Shown here one piece after another: positions 8,053 through 17,034 of a DNA stretch of 64,000 nucleotides. The stretch covers positions 63,939 to 127,938 of the forward strand of contig CAZHNS010000003.1 of the NCBI GenBank assembly GCA_964534175.1, read 5' to 3'. Made by a program: the position numbers and the translations under genes. The DNA is from an uncultured bacterium (GTDB lineage: Bacteria > Hydrothermota > UBA3072). Positions within the stretch are counted from its first letter, which is position 1. Each line of letters begins with the position of its first letter. The notes beneath the pieces were generated by a model. It searched no databases and was not told the DNA's origin. It saw nothing but the letters and a program-made list of their open reading frames with translations.

Positions 8053-9524
8053 ATCCTGTTTTACTTATAATTATTCCTTTAGCCGGAGCTTTTGCTATAC
8101 CGTTATTTGGTTTTATTTCCAAACACATATCAAAATATATTTCTTTAATTTCTACTCTGGTAATGGCTGTAATTGTGGGTTTTTTAGTTCCGCAAGTTAT
8201 AAACAATCCCATAATTGTTTTGATTGGAGGTTTTAAGCCACCTTTTGGTATCAACCTTGTTGTAAGCCCCTTTTCTCTGTTTTTCGCGGGTGTTATAAGC
8301 TTGCTTGGTTTTCTTGTGTCCATTTATGCTATAAAATATATCGATGATGGAGATATCGAAAAGTATCACCTTTTATTTCTGCTTTTCATAACAGGAGCCA
8401 CAGGAGTTGTCCTTACAGGTGACATATTTAACTTATTTGTTTTCTTTGAGATACTCTGTATTTCTTCCTACGCTCTGGTTGCTTATAACAGGGATAGGGA
8501 TGGAGTGGAAGCCGGTATAAAATACCTCATTCAGGGTTCTGTGGGTTCGTCTTTTATTCTTATTGGAATAGCCCTAATTTATGGACTTTGCGGCTCATTG
8601 AATATGGCAGATATAGCAAGTCAAATTCATTCCGTAAATTCCCCCTTATTATCTCTTGCGCTGTTTCTTTTTCTTACAGGTTTTGGAATCGAAGGAGCTA
8701 TATTTCCACTGAATGCCTGGTTACCCGATGCTCACGCGAGTGCTCCCTCGACTATAAGCGCTGTACTTTCCGGTTTTGCAATCGAAGTAGGAGTATATGC
8801 AGTCGTGCGGTTTGTCTGGACCATATTCGGAGCGTTAAGTATTCTTCATTTTCTTGCAGGACTTGGAGTTCTGACACTGCTTGTTGGTGAACTAGCAGCT
8901 TTCAGGCAAAATCGTATTAAGCGCATGCTTGCTTATTCATCAATAGGGCAGATAGGTCTTATTGTTTTTGCTTTTGGGATAGCTTCTACTGCAGGAGTTA
9001 AAGGAGCTTTATTACAAATTGCATCTCATGCAATGGCAAAAGCTTTGCTCTTTTTGGCTGCAGGTTATATGATATATAGAGCGGGATCTAAGGATATTTC
9101 TTCGCTGGAAGGAATGGGGAGAAGAATGCCTTTTACTTCTTTAGCTTTCACGGTAGGAGCTTTTTCGCTTGTGGGTTTTCCGCCTTTTGTAGGGTTCTCC
9201 AGTAAGTTTTTAGTAATAAAAGCTGCATTGGCTGAAGGACAGCTTATATTTACCATTCTTATCGGGTTTGTTTTATTAGGCACAATAATCGAAGGATCTT
9301 ATTTCCTAAAAGTAATTCAAACAATTTATTTTAAAGGGGGAGAAGTTAATTCTAATAAAAGAATAGAAGCTCCTATCTGTGCTTTGATTCCCATGGTTAT
9401 TTTGCTTATGCTAATCGTAGTTGTAGGGGTATATCCAGGCTTAATAAATAGCGTTTTAGACTCGGCAGCTTCAGGGTTCCTGGATAGAATGCAGTATATT
9501 AAGACCGTATTGGTAGGAATATAA
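8046..9524 (+). CDS. MrpD/NuoM/NuoN-family proton-translocating antiporter-like subunit
   Basis: 492 aa, about 14 TM; conserved WLPDAHA motif region (AWLPDAHASAPSTISA). Confidence 0.75.
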   Translation: MVNPVLLIIIPLAGAFAIPLFGFISKHISKYISLISTLVMAVIVGFLVPQVINNPIIVLIGGFKPPFGINLVVSPFSLFFAGVISLLGFLVSIYAIKYIDDGDIEKYHLLFLLFITGATGVVLTGDIFNLFVFFEILCISSYALVAYNRDRDGVEAGIKYLIQGSVGSSFILIGIALIYGLCGSLNMADIASQIHSVNSPLLSLALFLFLTGFGIEGAIFPLNAWLPDAHASAPSTISAVLSGFAIEVGVYAVVRFVWTIFGALSILHFLAGLGVLTLLVGELAAFRQNRIKRMLAYSSIGQIGLIVFAFGIASTAGVKGALLQIASHAMAKALLFLAAGYMIYRAGSKDISSLEGMGRRMPFTSLAFTVGAFSLVGFPPFVGFSSKFLVIKAALAEGQLIFTILIGFVLLGTIIEGSYFLKVIQTIYFKGGEVNSNKRIEAPICALIPMVILLMLIVVVGVYPGLINSVLDSAASGFLDRMQYIKTVLVGI

Positions 9525-9536
9525 AGGAGTTAAGAG

Positions 9537-11390
9537 ATGCTTTTAGAGGTACTGCTTATAGTCGCATTTGGGGGAGCGTTTCTGACCTATCTCCTTGGGA
9601 AAATTTCTTCCAGATTACGCGATGTATTTGCAGTTCTTGTCTCTTTAGCTTTGGTAGTTATTACCTGTTTGCTTTACAACAAGCAACAGCAAATAGTTTA
9701 CTTTGCATTCTTCGACAACCCTCTTATTCTTAGATCGAATATGCTTTCCTGGTTTTTCGGTATTACAATCGTAGGGATTGGTTTTCTGTCGGTAATTTAT
9801 TCTTTGGGATACATGGGGAAAGAAGAAAAATTGGATTATTATTACTTTATAGTGATACTTATTAATGCATCTATGATTGGAACTGTTTTTAGTGGTGACT
9901 TTATATCATTTTTTATGTTTTGGGAAATAATGAGTTGGAGTACCTTTCTTTTAATAAGCTATAAGGGAGGTAAGGCGTTATCTGCTGGAATGAAGTATAT
10001 AATTATGTCAATTATTGGGTCCATGACTATGTTAATTGCTATTATTAGTTTATATGTTACCTGTGGTACTCTGGAATTTTCTTCCCTGGTTTCTCAAGTG
10101 GAAATTACTTCAATGAGCTACAATTTATTCCTTCTCATTATGTTTGGGGTTGTCTTTACCATTATTAATGCATTCTGGCCACTTCACACCTGGCTTCCTG
10201 ATGCACATGCGGAAGCCGTGAGTCCCTTTTCATCGATTCTTTCAGCAGTACTTGTAAGAAAGGGGTTGTATGGACTCTACCTCGTTATGTATATAATATT
10301 AGGTTTAAATGTCTTGAATAGGTTGACTTTCGGATTTATAAGTTATAATAATGTGTTCTGCTTCATTGGTGCGGTGACTATAGTTTTTGCGGCATTTAGT
10401 GCTTTTCTTCAGGATGATAGTAAGAGAATTCTTGCCTGGAGTACGGTTGGTCAGGGTGGTTATATGATTTTGGGAATTGCGTTTACCACAGCTATTGGGC
10501 TTGCTGGAGGTATGTTCCACGTTTTGAATCATTGTATTTATATAGGTTTACTTTTCTTCGTGGCTGGCGCAGTGGAACGCCAAACCGGAGGGATAAGAGA
10601 TATAAATAAGTTAGGTGGATTAATTAAAAGAATGCCTGTTACTTTTATTGGAGGCGTGGTGGGTATATCTGGTTTAATTGGGCTGCCCTTAACCTGTGGT
10701 TTTGTTTCCAAATGGTTAATATATAAAGCGTTAATTTTGGGAAACCGTCCATTTTTAGCATTTGCTGCATTTATGGGAACCTGGGGAACCATTTTGTACG
10801 GATATAAATTTATTCATAACATTTTCTTAGGTCAGTTGCCGAAAGAATTCGAAGATGTCAAAGAAGTTCCCTTTTCAATGAGATTCCCCATAATTTTATT
10901 GACAATAGCGGTTATTTTAATTGGCGTTCTTCCCGGCATACCCCTTAAAGTCATAAATATTATTAATGTTTCTGCCGGTTTTAAAGCTTTATCGATAAAT
11001 ATATCAGGTGTTATTTCGGAGACGGGTGTGTTAAATACTGTAAATATCTTTACCGCCATTTTAGCGGCTTTGTTAGTAATTTATTTATTATTCCGTACAG
11101 GTGCCGAATCAGAGAGAGTCTCCCAGGAAGATTCTTATGCTGCAGGTTCATATATTCCTGTAGGGAAATATCATTACACTGTTAAATTTTACGATCCGTT
11201 TTCCAGACTTGCGAAACCATGGCTGAAGGATAGGATAGATAATTTTTACGAATGGTTAACCCGCATAGTGGAGAAAATAGCTGAAAGACAAAGGCGTATT
11301 TATACAGGAGATTTAGGTTTTTACCTCGTATACATTGTTCTTTTTCTGGCAGCATTGATTTTTGTGCGGATTATATGTAGGCAATGGTGA
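9537..11390 (+). CDS. MrpA/NuoL-family antiporter-like subunit (second large antiporter subunit, MbxH'-like)
   Basis: 617 aa; TWLPDAHAEAVSPFSSILSAV motif of complex-I subunit L/M/N superfamily; long C-terminal extension. Confidence 0.75.
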   Translation: MLLEVLLIVAFGGAFLTYLLGKISSRLRDVFAVLVSLALVVITCLLYNKQQQIVYFAFFDNPLILRSNMLSWFFGITIVGIGFLSVIYSLGYMGKEEKLDYYYFIVILINASMIGTVFSGDFISFFMFWEIMSWSTFLLISYKGGKALSAGMKYIIMSIIGSMTMLIAIISLYVTCGTLEFSSLVSQVEITSMSYNLFLLIMFGVVFTIINAFWPLHTWLPDAHAEAVSPFSSILSAVLVRKGLYGLYLVMYIILGLNVLNRLTFGFISYNNVFCFIGAVTIVFAAFSAFLQDDSKRILAWSTVGQGGYMILGIAFTTAIGLAGGMFHVLNHCIYIGLLFFVAGAVERQTGGIRDINKLGGLIKRMPVTFIGGVVGISGLIGLPLTCGFVSKWLIYKALILGNRPFLAFAAFMGTWGTILYGYKFIHNIFLGQLPKEFEDVKEVPFSMRFPIILLTIAVILIGVLPGIPLKVINIINVSAGFKALSINISGVISETGVLNTVNIFTAILAALLVIYLLFRTGAESERVSQEDSYAAGSYIPVGKYHYTVKFYDPFSRLAKPWLKDRIDNFYEWLTRIVEKIAERQRRIYTGDLGFYLVYIVLFLAALIFVRIICRQW

Positions 11391-11394
11391 TATT

Positions 11395-12276
11395 ATGAAG
11401 GTTGCTTCGTTTTTCATCTTACCTATTATCGGCTTTACAGTTGGTATATTTTTCATGGGTTTATCCAGAAGAATAATGGCTAGGATACATTGGAGATATG
11501 GTCCTCCTCTGGTTCAACCACTTCTTGATATCATAAAGCTCTTTCACCAAAGAAGTATATCCCATGGAGTTATTTTTGAACTTGGTCTTCTTCTTTCCTT
11601 AGCCGGGAGTATAGTTACTCTTCTTTTTATTCCTATAGGCAATATATGTGCACTCGATATGTCTGGAGGACTTCTGGTAATTTTATATCTTATGCTTTTA
11701 GCGCCTTTCGGCATAGCTTTATCAGGAGGAGAAGCGGCAAATCCAAACGCGAGTATTGGAATTTCCCGAAAGATGCTTTTGGCTTTGAGTTATGAAGTTC
11801 CATTTCTTTTAGCTCTTCTGGCGGTTATGATAGAATATAACACGATCTCTATAGTTGAAATAGTTGAGCTTCAGAGGGCTTCGAGTTGGGGAATTGTTTC
11901 TCTACCTTTATCGGCTATAGCTCTTTTCCTTATTTTACCAGCAATGCTCGGCATAAGACCCTTTGATGTGGTAGGAGCACCGCAGGAGATCGCTTCCGGT
12001 CCAAAAGTTGAATATGGCGGTAAATTTTTAGCATTATATAATATTGAACGAGCTTTTCATGAGTTTATTATTATTGCGCTATTTGTTAATTTGTTCCTTG
12101 GGGGGGCTAATGACCCATTCACTTTCTTTCTAAAGATGTTAATAATATTTGTACCTTTTATCAGTGTTAGTGCTGTTTTTCCAAGATTTAGAATTGAACA
12201 AGCAATTCGCTTCTGCTGGAGATTGCCGACTATTTTGGCTCTTATAGGTTTGATTATTGCAAGTGTGTGGAGGTAA
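11395..12276 (+). CDS. NuoH/HycD/MbhM-like membrane subunit (respiratory complex I subunit 1 family)
   Basis: RIMARIHWRYGPPLVQPLLDIIKLF matches NuoH/HyfC N-terminal signature; ATG 11395 chosen over ORF-track 11362. Confidence 0.7.
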   Translation: MKVASFFILPIIGFTVGIFFMGLSRRIMARIHWRYGPPLVQPLLDIIKLFHQRSISHGVIFELGLLLSLAGSIVTLLFIPIGNICALDMSGGLLVILYLMLLAPFGIALSGGEAANPNASIGISRKMLLALSYEVPFLLALLAVMIEYNTISIVEIVELQRASSWGIVSLPLSAIALFLILPAMLGIRPFDVVGAPQEIASGPKVEYGGKFLALYNIERAFHEFIIIALFVNLFLGGANDPFTFFLKMLIIFVPFISVSAVFPRFRIEQAIRFCWRLPTILALIGLIIASVWR

Positions 12277-12836
12277 AAATGGATAGAAAAGTTGTAAGGA
12301 AATGGTTGAAGGATCCAGAAAAAATGGGTAATAAGTATTCTCTCTGGGCTGTTTATTTCTGCACGGGCTGTGGAATAATTGAAGTTCCTCCGGTTATAAC
12401 TTCTCGCTGGGATGCAGAGAGATTTGGCGTTATTCCTGTAGCGACCCCAAGACAGGCAAATTTGTTTTTAATTACGGGTTATGTCTCTCTGAAAACTTTA
12501 AGAGCTATCATAAGGACCTATGAGCAGATGCGAGAGCCAAAATATACAGTAGGGTTTGGTTCATGTCCGATAAACGGAGGTATGTACTGGGATTCATACA
12601 ACACCATCAAACACCTTGATAAATATATACCGATTGATGGTTGGATTGCCGGTTGTATGCCTAGACCTGAAGCGATATTTATTGCAGTAACGCATCTATG
12701 GACTTTGATCGATAAGGGTATGGCAAACGCATACAAAAAGTACAGAAAACAATATAAATATTATCGAAGGAATCAGGAAATGGCGCTGGGAAAACTCGAA
12801 TGGCCACCCCTGTACCCAATAATTGAAGATGAATAA
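12267..12836 (+). CDS. NuoB/hydrogenase-small-subunit-like [4Fe-4S] subunit (MbhJ-like)
   Basis: Four Cys in CTGCGIIE ... GSCP ... AGCMPRPE arrangement; CxxC (hydrogenase-small-subunit type) rather than CC (NuoB type). Confidence 0.75.
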   Translation: MEVKMDRKVVRKWLKDPEKMGNKYSLWAVYFCTGCGIIEVPPVITSRWDAERFGVIPVATPRQANLFLITGYVSLKTLRAIIRTYEQMREPKYTVGFGSCPINGGMYWDSYNTIKHLDKYIPIDGWIAGCMPRPEAIFIAVTHLWTLIDKGMANAYKKYRKQYKYYRRNQEMALGKLEWPPLYPIIEDE

Positions 12837-13338
12837 AAAGATAATTACAGAATTAGAAACGACGTTTAAAGATATTGAAGTAAATGCTTCTAAGGATACC
12901 AGAATGGAAATTTGTGCTCGTGAAGAGCAGATTTTAGCAATTTTGAGATTCATTGCCAATAAGGGTTATGACCATTTAGCCCTTATCTCCTGTGTGGATT
13001 GGATTGAAGAAGAGGAATTTGAATTGGTTTATATAATTACCTCTTACTCGCAGGAAAATAAGGTATACCTGGATAAGGGAGATATTTTTCTCAAGACAAG
13101 AATTGCAAGAGAAAATCCGGAAGCACGAACGGTAATTCCGATTTTTGCCAATGCTGAGCCGTATGAACGAGAGATTCATGAGCTCTTCGGAGTGAAGTTT
13201 AACGGTCATCCAAGATTAACACATCTTCTGTTAGAAAGAGATTATGAAATACCCCCATTCAGGAAAGATTTTGATACAAGAAAGTATGTTAAGGAAGTTT
13301 TTGATTCAATTCCTGCAATCACAGAGGAGGAAGAGTGA
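12823..13338 (+). CDS. NuoC-like (30-kDa subunit; MbhK-like)
   Basis: EREIHELFGVKFNGHPRL matches NuoC ERE..D(L/M)FG signature. Confidence 0.7.
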   Translation: MKMNKKIITELETTFKDIEVNASKDTRMEICAREEQILAILRFIANKGYDHLALISCVDWIEEEEFELVYIITSYSQENKVYLDKGDIFLKTRIARENPEARTVIPIFANAEPYEREIHELFGVKFNGHPRLTHLLLERDYEIPPFRKDFDTRKYVKEVFDSIPAITEEEE

Positions 13339-14432
13339 GAGAAGTTGAACTCTATTTTGGTCCGCAGCACCTCGGGATGGTAGGAAATTTTAGTATAACG
13401 TTGAAGGTAGAGGGAGATCGTATTTTAGAAGCTACTGCGAATCCGGGATTTCTTCATCGTGGATTTGAGAAGTTGATGGAATGTCGAACCTGGATACAAA
13501 ATTTTCCCATGGTTTGTAGAATAAACGTTGTAGAGCCTGATCATATGGAAATGGTGTATGCAATGGGAGTGGAGAAATTAGCAAATATAGAAGTGCCGGA
13601 AAGGGCGCAGTGGATAAGAAGTATATACCTTGAACTTGCTAGAGTTGGTTCGCATCTTTTTGGTTTGTGGGCTTATTCCAATATGTTGGGTTTTGATACT
13701 GTTGCTCAGTGGGCGATGTACCATAGAGACCTGATTCTGGATCTTTTCGAGGAATTAACAGGCGGGAGGGTATATCATATTTATATCTGGCCTGGTGGGG
13801 TAAGACGTGACTTTCCGAAGGGTTTTACAGATAAAGTCGTAGAGACTTTACATTCAATAGGGAAGTGTGTTCCCGATTATAACGATACATTTTTCAAAAA
13901 TCCGCTGTTTTATGAGAGAACTCATGATATAGGAAAAGTAACGAGAGAAGAAGCAGAGAAATGGGGAGGAGTAGGACAGGTATTAAGAGCTACAGGAAAG
14001 TCCTTTGATATAAGGAAGGTGGAGTCCTATGCAGCTTATGATAAAGTGGATTTTAACATACCCACAAGAGAAGACGGAGACGCGTATTCGAGGATTATGG
14101 TGATAAGAGATGAAATGATAGAATCCGTTCATTTGATTTTTAAACTAATTGAAGGATTACCGAAGGGAGAAGTTTATAACAAAGTACCCAATCCTTTTAA
14201 GTGGAATATCGAAGAAGGTGAATCTTATGTAAGAGTTGAATCTTCGAGAGGAGAATTAGGGCTTTATCTGGTAAGTGATGGCGGAGATAAACCTTATAGA
14301 GTCCATTTTAGAACGCCTTCTTATTCTCATGGTCTAACAATATTAGAGAAAGTCTTAGAAGGCGCTAATATCTCGGATGTAGGAAATATCATGATTAGTA
14401 TGTACGTTGTCGCTCCTGAGATAGATAGATGA
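13335..14432 (+). CDS. NuoD-like / [NiFe]-hydrogenase-large-subunit-like catalytic subunit LACKING both Ni-Fe cysteine motifs
   Basis: GFLHRGFEKLME (NuoD/EchE-type HRG.EK) but no RxCGxCxxxH after it and C-terminus ...YVVAPEIDR has no DPCxxCxxH. Confidence 0.7.
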   Translation: MREVELYFGPQHLGMVGNFSITLKVEGDRILEATANPGFLHRGFEKLMECRTWIQNFPMVCRINVVEPDHMEMVYAMGVEKLANIEVPERAQWIRSIYLELARVGSHLFGLWAYSNMLGFDTVAQWAMYHRDLILDLFEELTGGRVYHIYIWPGGVRRDFPKGFTDKVVETLHSIGKCVPDYNDTFFKNPLFYERTHDIGKVTREEAEKWGGVGQVLRATGKSFDIRKVESYAAYDKVDFNIPTREDGDAYSRIMVIRDEMIESVHLIFKLIEGLPKGEVYNKVPNPFKWNIEEGESYVRVESSRGELGLYLVSDGGDKPYRVHFRTPSYSHGLTILEKVLEGANISDVGNIMISMYVVAPEIDR

Positions 14433-14456
14433 GAAAAATGAGTAATTTAAATTTAG

Positions 14457-16331
14457 GTGAGGTTTACAGAAATGGATAAAAAAACTTCAATTCTGAGTCC
14501 GTTAAAGGCGTTAAAATATCTTTTCAAAAAACCAAAAACTTTAAGATATCCGTTTGAACTTAAAGAGCCTGCAGAAAGATATAGAGGTTTACATCTAAAT
14601 GATTGGGATCAGTGCACGGGTTGCGGAAACTGTGCAGATATTTGTCCTAATGAGGCAATTCTTATGAAAGAAATACCGGAAATCGAGGCAAAAGACGGAG
14701 AGAGAAATGAGCGCCCCGAAATAGATTACGGTAGATGCTGTTTTTGCGGATTATGTGTTGATATTTGTCCGACAGGTTCCATCCGGCTATCCAGAGATTA
14801 TTTTCATATCCATTTTGACCCCAAGACTTTCAAGCTTCTGGCAAAAGATGAAAAAACGGACGGGGAACACTTCCTTCCTGAGGGGAAATATTCTATTCTT
14901 AAAGCATCGCTTGCCCATCGAAGAAAAAATTATGAGGGTTTTAGTTCTGACTTAGAATACGCACTGTTTGACCCTGAAAGAGTACAGATGTCTCAGGCTT
15001 CACCCAAAGAGAGAAAATCCTCTTTTATTGAACAGGTAAAGGGTTTCAGCGCACAGGAGGCTCTAAAAGAAGCGAGTCGATGTTTGGAGTGTAAGTTATG
15101 CGAGGAAGTCTGTCCTGCCGGTATGGATATAGTTGATTATGTACGCAATTTATGGGAAGGTGATTTAGAGGAAGCGGTCAGGGATATTTACAAAACAAAT
15201 CCCTTACCCGGCGTTTGTGGTAGAGTTTGCACGCATAATTGTGAGTCTGCCTGTGTACTTAGTCATCGAGGTGAACCTGTATCTATAAGATGGTTAAAGC
15301 GTTATGTTGTGGATAATCTTTCTCTTTCCGAATATCAAAAGGTGCTTGAAACAGAAAAAATTAAATCTATAGGGAAAAAAGTTGCTATAATTGGCGCGGG
15401 TCCGGGAGGCTTATCGGCTGCTTATTATCTCAGATTGATGGGTTATAAGGTCGTTATCTTTGAGAAGTTGCCCGAACCCGGTGGGATGCTGAGATATGGT
15501 ATTCCTGAATACCGACTTCCCTATGAAGCTTTAAATAAAGATATTGAATATATAAAATCTGTAGGAGTAGATATTAGATGTGATAATACTGTTGGCGAGG
15601 ATATTTCACTTGCTGAACTTCGGGATAATTATGACGCGGTTTTTGTGTCTACTGGTTTTCATGCCGGGCGGAGTACCGGAGTTCCGGGAAGTAAAAACCC
15701 TCACGTTTTTCAGGCAATAGAATTACTCAGAAAGGTGACGATGGGAGAAGAGATTGAAGTTACCGATAAGATTGTGGTAATAGGTGGGGGAGATGTTGCT
15801 ATGGATATTTCGAGAACACTTGCCCGATTGCAGATGAAGAAATTTGGAGCTGTAGATATTACTCTCAGTTGCTTGGAAACGAGGGACATTATGCCCGCTA
15901 CTCCGGAAGAAATAGAGGAAGCTCTTGAAGAAGGCATTAAAATGTATCCGGGATGGGGTCCGGAGAAGATTATTATAGAAAAAGAAAAAGTTAAGGGTAT
16001 AGTTATGAAAAAGTGCCTCAGGGTTTTTGACGAAGAAGGAAAGTTTAATCCTGAATTTGATGATAAGGAGAAAAAGGATTTTGAGTGTTCGATGGTCGTT
16101 GAAGCAATAGGGCAGGCACCTGATTTTACTTTTATATCAGAAGATATAAAAGTAAAACTTAAATATGAGGGAAGAAGGATGAAAGTTAATGAGTATGGTC
16201 AAACTTCATTGCCTTGGTTATTCATCGGAGGAGATATCCTGAGGGGTCCCGATGTAATTAACGCTATCGATACCGGACATAAGGCCGCAAGAGGTATCGA
16301 TAAATTTATCTCCTCCAAAGAGAAAAAATAA
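14457..16331 (+). CDS. Fusion protein: NuoI-type 2x[4Fe-4S] ferredoxin (N-term) + GltD/NfnB/SudA-like FAD/NAD(P)H oxidoreductase (C-term)
   Basis: CTGCGNCADICP and CCFCGLCVDICP (NuoI-like); then CLECKLCEEVCP + CGRVCTHNCESAC (GltD-type Fe-S), GXGXXG FAD site VAIIGAGPGGLSAAYYL and second dinucleotide site VVIGGGDVAMD. Confidence 0.75.
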   Translation: MRFTEMDKKTSILSPLKALKYLFKKPKTLRYPFELKEPAERYRGLHLNDWDQCTGCGNCADICPNEAILMKEIPEIEAKDGERNERPEIDYGRCCFCGLCVDICPTGSIRLSRDYFHIHFDPKTFKLLAKDEKTDGEHFLPEGKYSILKASLAHRRKNYEGFSSDLEYALFDPERVQMSQASPKERKSSFIEQVKGFSAQEALKEASRCLECKLCEEVCPAGMDIVDYVRNLWEGDLEEAVRDIYKTNPLPGVCGRVCTHNCESACVLSHRGEPVSIRWLKRYVVDNLSLSEYQKVLETEKIKSIGKKVAIIGAGPGGLSAAYYLRLMGYKVVIFEKLPEPGGMLRYGIPEYRLPYEALNKDIEYIKSVGVDIRCDNTVGEDISLAELRDNYDAVFVSTGFHAGRSTGVPGSKNPHVFQAIELLRKVTMGEEIEVTDKIVVIGGGDVAMDISRTLARLQMKKFGAVDITLSCLETRDIMPATPEEIEEALEEGIKMYPGWGPEKIIIEKEKVKGIVMKKCLRVFDEEGKFNPEFDDKEKKDFECSMVVEAIGQAPDFTFISEDIKVKLKYEGRRMKVNEYGQTSLPWLFIGGDILRGPDVINAIDTGHKAARGIDKFISSKEKK

Positions 16332-16341
16332 TTTCGAGAGA

Positions 16342-16974
16342 ATGGACAAAGAAGATATCCCAAAAGAGACAATAGAAAGACTTCTATTTTATACAAAGTG
16401 CCTATCGACTTTTAAACAATCAGGCAAGGAACAGTTTTCATCAGCGGATATTGCCAGGAGGTTAAAACTTAAGCCCACATTGGTGAGGAAAGATCTCTCT
16501 TATATTGGACGGATTGGCAGAAGAGGGATTGGCTATAATGTTGAAAGAGTTCTGGACAAGATAAATCGAGTCGTTTATTATGAAAAAGAGCATCAGGTTG
16601 CTCTTATAGGTGTGGGGAATATCGGAAAAGCATTAATAAATTATCCCGGATTTCAAGCACACGGATTGGTTATAAAACTCGCTTTCGAGAAAGACAAGGA
16701 AAAAATCGGTAAGGAAATTTATGGCGTTAAAATTGAAGATATAAAAACACTTAAAAAAAGAGTGGCAGAGGAAGAGATAAAAGTCGGAATTATAGCTGTT
16801 CCTCCTATTCAGATTAAAGAAGTTATTGATATTGTTAAAGACTCAGAAATAAAAGCGATTCTTAATTTTACCTCCACATGTATGATGCCCTATGACGATT
16901 TAAAAGGGAAGTTAAAGATAAAAAATATCGATCTAGCGGTTGAGATGCAAAGATTGGTGTATTATTCATCATAA
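16342..16974 (+). CDS. rex: Redox-sensing transcriptional repressor Rex
   Basis: N-terminal winged-helix IPKETIERLLFYTKCL...RKDLSYIGRIGRRGIGYNV and Rossmann VALIGVGNIGKAL typical of Rex; 10 nt after the NuoI-GltD gene. Confidence 0.8.
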   Translation: MDKEDIPKETIERLLFYTKCLSTFKQSGKEQFSSADIARRLKLKPTLVRKDLSYIGRIGRRGIGYNVERVLDKINRVVYYEKEHQVALIGVGNIGKALINYPGFQAHGLVIKLAFEKDKEKIGKEIYGVKIEDIKTLKKRVAEEEIKVGIIAVPPIQIKEVIDIVKDSEIKAILNFTSTCMMPYDDLKGKLKIKNIDLAVEMQRLVYYSS

Positions 16975-17034
16975 AGAAAAAAACTGACCCAGTCGTAAGT
17001 CATAGACATATACCTAGATTTTACTATTCAGAAC

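Noticed and set aside
8184-10792. Several 60-100-aa minus-strand ORFs inside the antiporter genes
   Set aside because: Antisense to long, well-supported membrane-protein genes in a translationally coupled operon; no start context.
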